Positions 54,887 through 62,000 of a DNA stretch of 64,000 bases are shown here, one piece after another. The DNA lies in NCBI GenBank assembly GCA_027483885.1, contig JAIXTO010000112.1, positions 19,870 through 83,869 on the forward strand, given 5' to 3'. The DNA is from Rhizobiaceae bacterium. GTDB taxonomy: Bacteria > Pseudomonadota > Alphaproteobacteria > Rhizobiales > Rhizobiaceae. The notes under the pieces were generated by a model. It had not been told where the DNA came from. It searched no databases and was given only the letters and a program-made list of their open reading frames with translations. Made by a program: the position numbers and the translations under genes. How positions within the stretch are numbered: the first letter of the stretch is position 1; every line of letters begins with the position of its first letter.

Positions 54887-56452
54887 ATGGCCTCCACCAC
54901 CTCGACGCCTGTCGATCTTTCCCTCGCCTTTGTCATGACACCGCCTCCGCTCGGTGACTGGCTGGTCATTCTGCCGCCGGCCCTGATGATCGGGCTTGGC
55001 GCGGTGCTGATGATGATGCGCCATTCGGTGCGTTTGCATGGCGTTGTCGCCGTGCCGGGGCTGGCACTTCTCGTTCTCCTCGATGCAGCTCTCCTCTGGA
55101 AGGTGTCGGTGGAAGGGCCTGTCACCATGGTGATGGGCCGCTGGCTGCCGCCCTTCGGCATCGCTTTTACCGTCGATGTCTTCGGCGCGCTGATGGCGCT
55201 GGTTTCGGCCATCGCCGCCCTTGCCGCAGGTATCGCCGCCCTCTCCGATATCAGCGAGACCGGGCGCCGCTACGGCTTCTTTCCCTTCCTGATGCTGCTG
55301 ATGGCCGGTGTCTCCGGTGCCTTCCTGACGGGTGACCTGTTCAACCTCTATGTCTGGTTCGAAGTGCTGCTGATCTCCTCCTTCGGCCTGCTCATCTTAG
55401 GCTCGGAGCGGGAACAGATCGATGGCGCGCTGAAATACGCCATCCTGAACCTTCTCGGCACCACCTTCTTCCTGATTGCCGTCGGTTATACCTATGCCAT
55501 CTTCGGCACGCTCAACATGGCAGACCTGACGCTGCGGGCGCGCGACATTTCCGGCGCGCCGCTAATGACGCTGGGTGGCCTGTTCATTCTGGCCTTTGCC
55601 ATGAAGGCTGCCGCCTTTCCGGTCAATTTCTGGCTGCCGGCCTCCTATCACACGCCGCGCATCACCGTGTCTGCGCTGTTCGGCGGGCTTTTGACCAAGG
55701 TCGGCATCTATGCGCTGATGCGGGTGATGATCATGCTGTTTCCGGTGCAGCATGAGGAGTGGAGCCTTGTCATCGGCATCCTGGCGCTTGTCACCATGGT
55801 CCTGGCGAGCCTTGGCATGCTGGCCCAGAACGACCTGCGCCGTCTTGCCGGTTATGCCGTCATCCTCGGCATCGGCAATATGCTGGCCGGTATTGCGACG
55901 GGAACCGTTGCCGGTCTTTCCGGCGCCGTGCTTTACGCGCTGCATTCGATCCTTGCGATGACGGCGCTTTACCTCGTCGTTGGGCGCGCCGCCGCGCTGT
56001 CCGGGCATTTCACGCTGCAATCGATCGGCGGGATTTACCGGCGGGCGCCGGCATTTGCCTTTGTCTCTCTCGCGCTCCTGCTGGCGGTGGCCGGCCTGCC
56101 GCCATTTTCCGGCCTCTGGCCAAAAATCATGCTGGTGAAGGCGTCGATCGATATCGGTGCCTGGTGGCTGGCGGCGGGCATTCTCGTCTCCGGATTTCTG
56201 TCCACCATCGCGCTTGGCCGCGTTTTCCTGCTGACCTATTGGCGCCCGGCGCCGGGCGGGGATGTCCATGATGGGGCAGCGGTGCGGACCGACTGGACAT
56301 CGTTCGGCCCGATCCTTGGCCTCACCGCCATCGTCACGCTGTTCGGCCTCTTTCCGGAATGGCCGCTGGTGCTGTCGCAGGCGGCGGCCATCGGGCTGAT
56401 GGAACCGGCTGCCTATATCGGCTCGGTCTTTCAGGGAGGTGTTGCGCCATGA
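54887..56452 (+). CDS. mrpD: Mrp antiporter subunit D (NuoM/N-like)
   Basis: GAGGAGG RBS. 14 TM helices. FPVNFWLPASYHTPRITVSALFGGLLTKVG motif. Confidence 0.9.
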   Translation: MASTTSTPVDLSLAFVMTPPPLGDWLVILPPALMIGLGAVLMMMRHSVRLHGVVAVPGLALLVLLDAALLWKVSVEGPVTMVMGRWLPPFGIAFTVDVFGALMALVSAIAALAAGIAALSDISETGRRYGFFPFLMLLMAGVSGAFLTGDLFNLYVWFEVLLISSFGLLILGSEREQIDGALKYAILNLLGTTFFLIAVGYTYAIFGTLNMADLTLRARDISGAPLMTLGGLFILAFAMKAAAFPVNFWLPASYHTPRITVSALFGGLLTKVGIYALMRVMIMLFPVQHEEWSLVIGILALVTMVLASLGMLAQNDLRRLAGYAVILGIGNMLAGIATGTVAGLSGAVLYALHSILAMTALYLVVGRAAALSGHFTLQSIGGIYRRAPAFAFVSLALLLAVAGLPPFSGLWPKIMLVKASIDIGAWWLAAGILVSGFLSTIALGRVFLLTYWRPAPGGDVHDGAAVRTDWTSFGPILGLTAIVTLFGLFPEWPLVLSQAAAIGLMEPAAYIGSVFQGGVAP

Positions 56453-56922
56453 CCGCTTTTTCCATGAACGTGCTGTTTGCCGTCGTCTGGGTGGCGGTGA
56501 GCGGCAGCGCGACCTTCCTCAACTTCCTCTTCGGCTTCGTGATCTCCGCCTTTGCCATCGGCCTGATCCGCGAACAGGCGCATGGCGTGAGTTATCTCGG
56601 GCGCATCCGCCGCATCCTGTCATTGCTGATCCTGTTCTTGAAGGAACTGGCGCTCTCGGCATGGAAGGTTGCCGTTCTCGTCACGCGGCCGAAGCTTGAC
56701 GTCAAGCCCGGCATTTTCGCCTTTCCGCTGACGGTGGACCGCGATTTCGAGATCACGCTTCTGGCCAACATGATCACGCTGACGCCGGGCACGCTCTCCA
56801 TCGATGTCTCCGAGGATCGTCGTTTCCTCTATGTCCATGCCATCGATTGCTCCGACATCGAGGGCACCAAGCGCGATATTCGCGATGGCTTTGAAGCCAA
56901 GATCATGGAGGCGTTCCGCTGA
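56449..56922 (+). CDS. mrpE: Mrp antiporter subunit E
   Basis: ATGA overlap with mrp[20 protein letters not shown]...[25 protein letters not shown]. Confidence 0.88.
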   Translation: MTAFSMNVLFAVVWVAVSGSATFLNFLFGFVISAFAIGLIREQAHGVSYLGRIRRILSLLILFLKELALSAWKVAVLVTRPKLDVKPGIFAFPLTVDRDFEITLLANMITLTPGTLSIDVSEDRRFLYVHAIDCSDIEGTKRDIRDGFEAKIMEAFR

Positions 56923-57296
56923 TGACAGAACAGGCTCTGCTTGCCGTGGCGATCTGGATTGCCAATGCGCTGCTCGCGATCTCCTTCCTGTTGACCGTGG
57001 CGCGCGTGGTGCGCGGTCCAACGCTTGCCGACCGGGTGGTGGCGCTCGACATGCTGGTTGGCATCGCCATCGGCTTTATCGCGCTCATCGCCATCAAGAC
57101 CGGTTTTGTTCTTTATATCGATGTCGCCATCGCCCTTGGCCTTGTCGGTTTCCTTGCTACGGTCGCATTTGCACGTTTTATCCTGTCGCGCCGCACGGAT
57201 GACGAAGAAGGTGAGGCGGACAACCGGTCGGTGGACGTCGATTCAACCGGAGATGATGTGTGTTACCGTATCAAAACGGGACAAGAGGGCAAATGA
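56922..57296 (+). CDS. mrpF: Mrp antiporter subunit F (with an acidic C-terminal tail)
   Basis: TGATG overlap. [16 protein letters not shown] motif. About 35 extra acidic C-terminal residues. Confidence 0.85.
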   Translation: MTEQALLAVAIWIANALLAISFLLTVARVVRGPTLADRVVALDMLVGIAIGFIALIAIKTGFVLYIDVAIALGLVGFLATVAFARFILSRRTDDEEGEADNRSVDVDSTGDDVCYRIKTGQEGK

Positions 57297-57631
57297 TGAG
57301 TTGGTTCTTTACCCTTCTGACAGTCATTCTGATTATTACTGGCAGTTTGTTCGCGCTTGTGGCCTCCATCGGCTTGCTGCGGCTTCCCGATATGTTCTCC
57401 CGCATGCATGCCGCCTCCAAGGCTGGAACGGTCGGATCCGGCCTCCTGTTGATTGCCGTTGGCATTCATTCCGGGGATATCTCTATATTTGTCAGAGCCT
57501 TGGCCGGTGGCGTGTTCTTCGTGCTGACCGCCCCCGTCTCGGCGCACCTCCTGGCGCGGGCAGCGCACAAGGTGGGCTACAGGCTGCATGCCTCCTCCGT
57601 GGTCGACGAGATGAGGAACGGCGCCCCTTGA
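57293..57631 (+). CDS. mrpG: Mrp antiporter subunit G
   Basis: ATGA overlap with mrp[22 protein letters not shown] motif. Confidence 0.88.
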   Translation: MMSWFFTLLTVILIITGSLFALVASIGLLRLPDMFSRMHAASKAGTVGSGLLLIAVGIHSGDISIFVRALAGGVFFVLTAPVSAHLLARAAHKVGYRLHASSVVDEMRNGAP

Positions 57632-58048
57632 ATATCAGAGGTCCTGCCACATTTACTTGACCGCCTCGAGGGCTGTCCGATAATCAATCAGTAAGTGTGG
57701 AAATAGCCAGCGAATCTCCACAATAGAGCCAATACTTAAAGATTGTATTTGGACTTTGCGCCAAACAATGTTAATCGCATTTCAGTAGAGCACGAATATC
57801 GATGGCATTCGTTGTGTCTCTCGTAGCGAAAACGGCGTCCTGTGTGATGCTCGGAAGCAACCGGGAGGCCTTCGGATGGTTGATGTTGCCGAAAACGTGG
57901 GAAAGTCCACCGTATCTGTGGGGATCTAGGGGTGGATCCTTCTTCGTTCGCGGGGTGCGGATCACGGATTAGGGCTTTCCGGCGTCGCTTTACGGAGTTT
58001 GTGTATCAAGGTGATACATGCTCCAGTGAATCGAACAGGAGATATGAA

Positions 58049-58477
58049 ATGACAGAAACACTCGCAGTTAAGGGGTCGGATCTTCTCGTTGAACTGACCG
58101 CCGATATCGTTGCCGCCTATGTCAGCAACCACGTTGTACCCGTCGGCGATCTCGCCGGCCTGATTTCCGACGTTCATGGCGCGCTGAACAACACCGCATC
58201 GCCGGTTCAGGTTCCCGCCGCCGTCGAAAAGCCGAAGCCGCCCGTGCCGATTCGCAAGTCGATCGAAGACGACTACCTGATCTGCCTGGAAGACGGCCAG
58301 AAGTTCAAGTCGCTGAAGCGCCACCTGATGACCCATTACAACATGACGCCCGAGGAATATCGCGAGAAGTGGGGCCTGCCGTCCGACTATCCGATGGTTG
58401 CTCCGGCCTATGCGGAAGCCCGTTCGCGGCTTGCCAAGGAAATGGGCCTCGGCCAGCGCCGCAAGCGCGCCAAGTAA
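58049..58477 (+). CDS. mucR: Ros/MucR-family zinc-finger-type global regulator
   Basis: 142 aa. [21 protein letters not shown]...[10 protein letters not shown]...[39 protein letters not shown] is almost identical to the Ros/MucR core. AGGAGA RBS. Confidence 0.92.
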   Translation: MTETLAVKGSDLLVELTADIVAAYVSNHVVPVGDLAGLISDVHGALNNTASPVQVPAAVEKPKPPVPIRKSIEDDYLICLEDGQKFKSLKRHLMTHYNMTPEEYREKWGLPSDYPMVAPAYAEARSRLAKEMGLGQRRKRAK

Positions 58478-58546
58478 CTGCAGGCCAAGTCACTGCAGGC
58501 CAGGTTTTTCAGGTCAGGTTCCTGCAGGACAATTTCCTGCAGGATA
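58476..58546 (+). repeat. two pairs of 15-bp tandem repeats carrying CTGCAGG cores immediately after the mucR stop
   Basis: aaCTGCAGGCCAagt / caCTGCAGGCCAggt (58476-505), and TCCTGCAGGAcaatt / TCCTGCAGGAtaagt (58520-49). TCCTGCAGGA is a 10-bp palindrome, so the second pair can fold as a 10-bp hairpin. Confidence 0.8.
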
Positions 58547-59086
58547 AGTGCTTGCATGACACGTCACGGCAGATTGCGTGACGGCAGGTGAGGGCGTGCC
58601 AGTGCCGCCACATCTGACCCGGCCTCAATCTTGCTGCGACATCAAGGTCACCGGCGCTGAACATGCGCGGTGATTGCCAATCATGCAGCGTGCGAAGCTT
58701 TTCGCACGTTTCGCTCGTTTTCGGCCCATCTGCCCTAAGGCGCATGATGGGTGCGAAGCCAGCAGCTGGACTTTTTCGGCGGTGGCCCGCGCCGCATTCC
58801 TGCCTGCGCCGCCTGCCTGCCGGCACCATACGCCTTGCCCGCATCAAACGGCATTCGCGGCCCTCATCGCCGCCCTCCTGTCCAGCCCCGTCTTCAGCAC
58901 ATCTCGCCTCCCGGGATATTTTTGCACGCGGTCGCTTCCGTAAGGGTGAGGAAAATAATCCCATAATTTCTGCGCGTAACATCAAAAAACACACCAAAAA
59001 CAAGCAGAAGTTTCAGCGCAGGGCTTTCGTTTGTCCCCGGTCTTCGCATAGGGTGTATGAATTAATTCCTATAAGAGGAGTTGTTC

Positions 59087-59614
59087 ATGTCTTTTGAAGC
59101 AAAAAGCGGGCCTTCCCCCGCAATCAGTCCTGCCGGGCCCGGCAATTTTCCAGCCTCCGCACCCGGCAATGCAGATGCCGCCCTGTCGGCCGCAGCGCAC
59201 GATCCGGCCGGCCTTTGCGGCGATCCGGCCGGTGTCGCCGACAGTCCGGCGCCGGATCTGGCATCGCATTTGGCATCGCCGGCCGGCATGTCGCCGGTTC
59301 AGGCCTGCGGTATCGTGCGCCATCTCGTGGATGAGTTGCTGATGCTGATCGGCGACCGCGTCCAGATGCGCCGCGACCGTCGCCGGGCGCTCTGCCACAT
59401 CCGCCAGATTGCCATGTATGTCTGCCACGTCTCGCTTGGCATACCCCAGAGCGAGATCGGCGAGGCGTTCGGGCGTGACCGCACGACGGTCGGCCATGCC
59501 TGCGGCGTGGTGGAGGAGAGGCGCGAGAATGCCGCTTTCGACGATTTCGTCTCGACCGTCGAGCGGATCGCCAACACCGTGTTCGGCCGCAGCGAGGTGG
59601 CGCGGCATGACTAG
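59087..59614 (+). CDS. DnaA-domain-IV-like HTH protein (GafY-like candidate)
   Basis: AAGAGGAG RBS 6 nt before ATG 59087. Pro/Ala-rich N-half. C-half IRQIAMYVCHVSLGIPQSEIGEAFGRDRTTVGHACGVVEERRENAAF aligns with DnaA domain IV (RQIAMYL...LPEIG..FGGRDHTTVLHAC.KIE). Confidence 0.75.
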   Translation: MSFEAKSGPSPAISPAGPGNFPASAPGNADAALSAAAHDPAGLCGDPAGVADSPAPDLASHLASPAGMSPVQACGIVRHLVDELLMLIGDRVQMRRDRRRALCHIRQIAMYVCHVSLGIPQSEIGEAFGRDRTTVGHACGVVEERRENAAFDDFVSTVERIANTVFGRSEVARHD

Positions 59615-60509
59615 GGCTGATGCACCCTCCGTCCCGCAGATTTTGCCGCCAACCCGCCCGCTGCTGCGCCTGTTGCGCCAGCTTTCGCGCGGCCCCTGCG
59701 CCATCGAGCCGGGCGAGACGCCGGTGCAGATTTTCCTCTGCGGCAACGGCAGCCGCCATGGCCATTCCCTTGACATCATTGAGGCGGCCGCCACCGCCGG
59801 TCTTGTGCAGAAGAAGGGGGCAAAACTTCTTGCGCGTCCGGAAACGCTGTCTTTCCTGCGCCGGCATCTGGGCGATGGCACGTGCGAAAACGTCGACGGG
59901 CGGGCAAAAACGACGGCGGGAAGAACGGCCGCGCGCGACAAGGGGATCGGCGGTCCTGCCGACGGCGTGGATTTTGCCGACCAGCATCGCGCCATCGTGT
60001 CCGATACGGTCGAACTTGAGGGGGGGCGCGAAAGGGTGCGGCGCAACCTTCTGGAATCGCCCCTCTCGGGCCTGACGCGATTGAAGGATCGCGAGGGCCG
60101 GCCGTTTCTTCCCCAAGAGGCCATCGAGGCGGGGGAGCGGCTGGCAGGTGATTTCGAGCGCGGCCATCTGCAACCGAAGATCACCGCCAGTTGGGAGCCG
60201 CGCCTGTCTGCCCGCGGCAAGGGCGAGGCAGGCGGCAAGGTGGATCTCACCGAAAGCGCCATGGCGGCCAGAGCCCGTGTCACCAGGGCCATCGAGGCCA
60301 TGGGGCCGGAACTCTCCGGCGTGGCGCTCGATATCTGCTGCTTCGAAAAAGGCCTGGAACTGGTGGAACGCGAGCGCGGCTGGCCGGTGCGCTCGGCAAA
60401 ACTGATGTTGCGCACCGCGCTCCTCACCCTTGCCCGCCACTATGCGCCGCCGTCCGCGCCCCGTTTCAACCACAGCTGGGGTGCCGAAGGGTTTCGCCCG
60501 CAGATGTGA
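59607..60509 (+). CDS. DUF6456-type protein with sigma-region-4-like C-terminus (GafZ-like candidate)
   Basis: ATG 59607 overlaps the upstream stop by 8 nt. C-terminus GPELSGVALDICCFEKGLELVERERGWPVRSAKLMLRTALLTLARHY looks like a sigma70 region 4 / LuxR-type HTH. Internal ATG of ORF 59409..60509. Confidence 0.7.
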   Translation: MTRADAPSVPQILPPTRPLLRLLRQLSRGPCAIEPGETPVQIFLCGNGSRHGHSLDIIEAAATAGLVQKKGAKLLARPETLSFLRRHLGDGTCENVDGRAKTTAGRTAARDKGIGGPADGVDFADQHRAIVSDTVELEGGRERVRRNLLESPLSGLTRLKDREGRPFLPQEAIEAGERLAGDFERGHLQPKITASWEPRLSARGKGEAGGKVDLTESAMAARARVTRAIEAMGPELSGVALDICCFEKGLELVERERGWPVRSAKLMLRTALLTLARHYAPPSAPRFNHSWGAEGFRPQM

Positions 60510-60512
60510 ACC

Positions 60513-60947
60513 TCAGGCGGGGGCCGAAAGACGGGCCTCGTCGCGGATGCGCTTTACCATGGAGCGCAGGCCGTTTGCCCGCTGGGAGGAGAGATTTTCG
60601 ACAAGCCCGATGCGGTTGAACGTGTCGATCACATCATAAGTGGCAATCTGCGAGGCGTGCTTGCCGGAATAGGCGGCGAGCACGATGGCGACGAGGCCGC
60701 GCACGATATGCGCATCCGAATCCCCCTCGAAGGTCAGCACCGGATCTTCGCCGTTTTCGCGATGGGAGACGAGCCAGACCTGGCTTGCGCAGCCGTTGAC
60801 CTTGTTCTCCGCCGTCTTTTTCTCGTCGGCGAGTTCAGGCAGCGCCTTGCCCAGCTCGATCACGTAACGGTAGCGGTCTTCCCATTCCTCGAGATAGGCG
60901 AAATCATCGATGATCTGGTCGATGCCGGGGGTGGAAGGGCTCGTCAT
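60513..60947 (-). CDS. sufE: SufE-like cysteine desulfuration (sulfur acceptor) protein
   Basis: IIDDFAYLEEWEDRYRYVIELG...ENKVNGCASQVWL, with the conserved Cys. Confidence 0.88.
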   Translation of the reverse strand: MTSPSTPGIDQIIDDFAYLEEWEDRYRYVIELGKALPELADEKKTAENKVNGCASQVWLVSHRENGEDPVLTFEGDSDAHIVRGLVAIVLAAYSGKHASQIATYDVIDTFNRIGLVENLSSQRANGLRSMVKRIRDEARLSAPA

Positions 60948-61127
60948 GAAGGGCTCCAGCTTTTGTCCTGCACGTCATGCATCAACGTCGCATGACGTGG
61001 GTGTCACGTCGTGGCCCGGTGTTTGCCGCAGCGTCGGCCGCCGGGCCTTCTCCTCCATATAGGGGGCGAGACGGCCGGACGAAAACGAAAAACGGAGATT
61101 GGTCGCAAAGATTGAGGGGAATGGCTG

Positions 61128-61553
61128 TCAGTGCAGCGGGCGCCTTTGCGGCACCGGCACGGAACCGGTTGCCAGTCCATCGTCAGTGCCAAAATTCTGG
61201 TTGCTTACCAGTTTGTCCGGCATCGGCTGGCGGGGGGAGGTCTTGCCGTTCACCACCGGCTGTTCAGGCTCGCTGCTGGAAAACTGGCTGTCGAGGAATT
61301 TGAAGGCCACAAGCGCGCCTTCCTTGGCGCGGTAACCCAGCGCAGTAAACGTTTCCGAGCCCTTTTCGCAGACATCGGGTTTTTCGACGCAGATGGCGCT
61401 GATGTAATGGTAGGCGTCGGTGACTGCTGAAAACGTGTCCGAGAGGGGGACCGGCTTTTGATCAGGCGCGGCGATATGCGGGTTCGTGCTGAAATAGGAC
61501 AGCACCACCAGACCCATCGCAAAGAACACGCTACCCTTGATCAGAAACCACAT
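61128..61553 (-). CDS. DUF5330 family membrane-anchored protein
   Basis: MWFLIKGSVFFAMGLVVLSYFS TM anchor, then the ...YHYISAICVEKPDVCEKGSETF pattern seen in Rhizobiales DUF5330 proteins. Confidence 0.65.
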   Translation of the reverse strand: MWFLIKGSVFFAMGLVVLSYFSTNPHIAAPDQKPVPLSDTFSAVTDAYHYISAICVEKPDVCEKGSETFTALGYRAKEGALVAFKFLDSQFSSSEPEQPVVNGKTSPRQPMPDKLVSNQNFGTDDGLATGSVPVPQRRPLH

Positions 61554-61911
61554 CTGCCTTTACCCACCCGCTTCGCATGCCCACCGGTCTTGTCCGGGAC
61601 CATGCCATGAAGCTTAGGAACTCTGGAAAAACACGCCGTTACACCACTCGCTAAAGTTTAATCGACATTTGAACTGCATTTTAGATATCGTCCGCGGGCA
61701 AGCCTTCAAGCGGCATTTCAATCAAACTTTACCCGACGATGTTCATCATATTTATGGCAGTTGTGCCAAAATACAAAGGGAATCTTGCACGCGGTTGCGT
61801 CAAAACCTAACAGGCTCGATAAAATTGAAAAAGACCCGATGCTTACGCCCTGTTAACCATATTTGGAACTGCATCGTACCGAAACACCTAAAGCCCCGGT
61901 TTGAACGCCTT

Positions 61912-61936
61912 GAGGGCCGTTCGGGCCTTCGTTTTT
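61912..61936 (+). terminator. orphan intrinsic terminator on the + strand, 65 nt upstream of the kinase ORF
   Basis: Stem GAGGGCC-gttcg-GGCCTTC (7 bp, one G-U) followed by GTTTTT. No + strand protein gene precedes it. Confidence 0.6.
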
Positions 61937-62000
61937 AGAGTTTCCTTAAGTCGCTGACGCCTATGTTCGGGCCTGACAGAGTTCGCGGTAAGGTATAGGC

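Noticed and set aside
58509-59097. ORFs 58509..59003 (-), 58663..59097 (+) and 58674..58943 (+) in the mucR-gafY spacer
   Set aside because: They use rare AGG/AGA codons, have Arg/Cys-rich products and mutually overlapping frames, and lack an RBS. I treated the region as non-coding but flagged it as a finding.
59069-60473. Two ~450-aa minus-strand ORFs covering the GafY/GafZ-like genes
   Set aside because: They are extremely Arg/Pro/Ala/Ser-rich with no RBS. The + strand products show specific HTH homology and tight translational coupling, so the minus-strand frames are shadow ORFs.
61657-61675. Possible full CtrA box TTAA-N7-TTGAA
   Set aside because: The second half-site deviates from TTAAC at two positions. 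Only the TTAACCAT half-site at 61853 is canonical, so I report a repeated motif and not a confirmed CtrA site.
61669-61938. 89-aa + strand ORF in the AT-rich region upstream of the kinase
   Set aside because: Its codon and amino-acid usage (Cys/Ile/Lys/Asn-rich, low GC3) is foreign to this genome, and it has no RBS. The region is better explained as regulatory or sRNA DNA ending at the intrinsic terminator.
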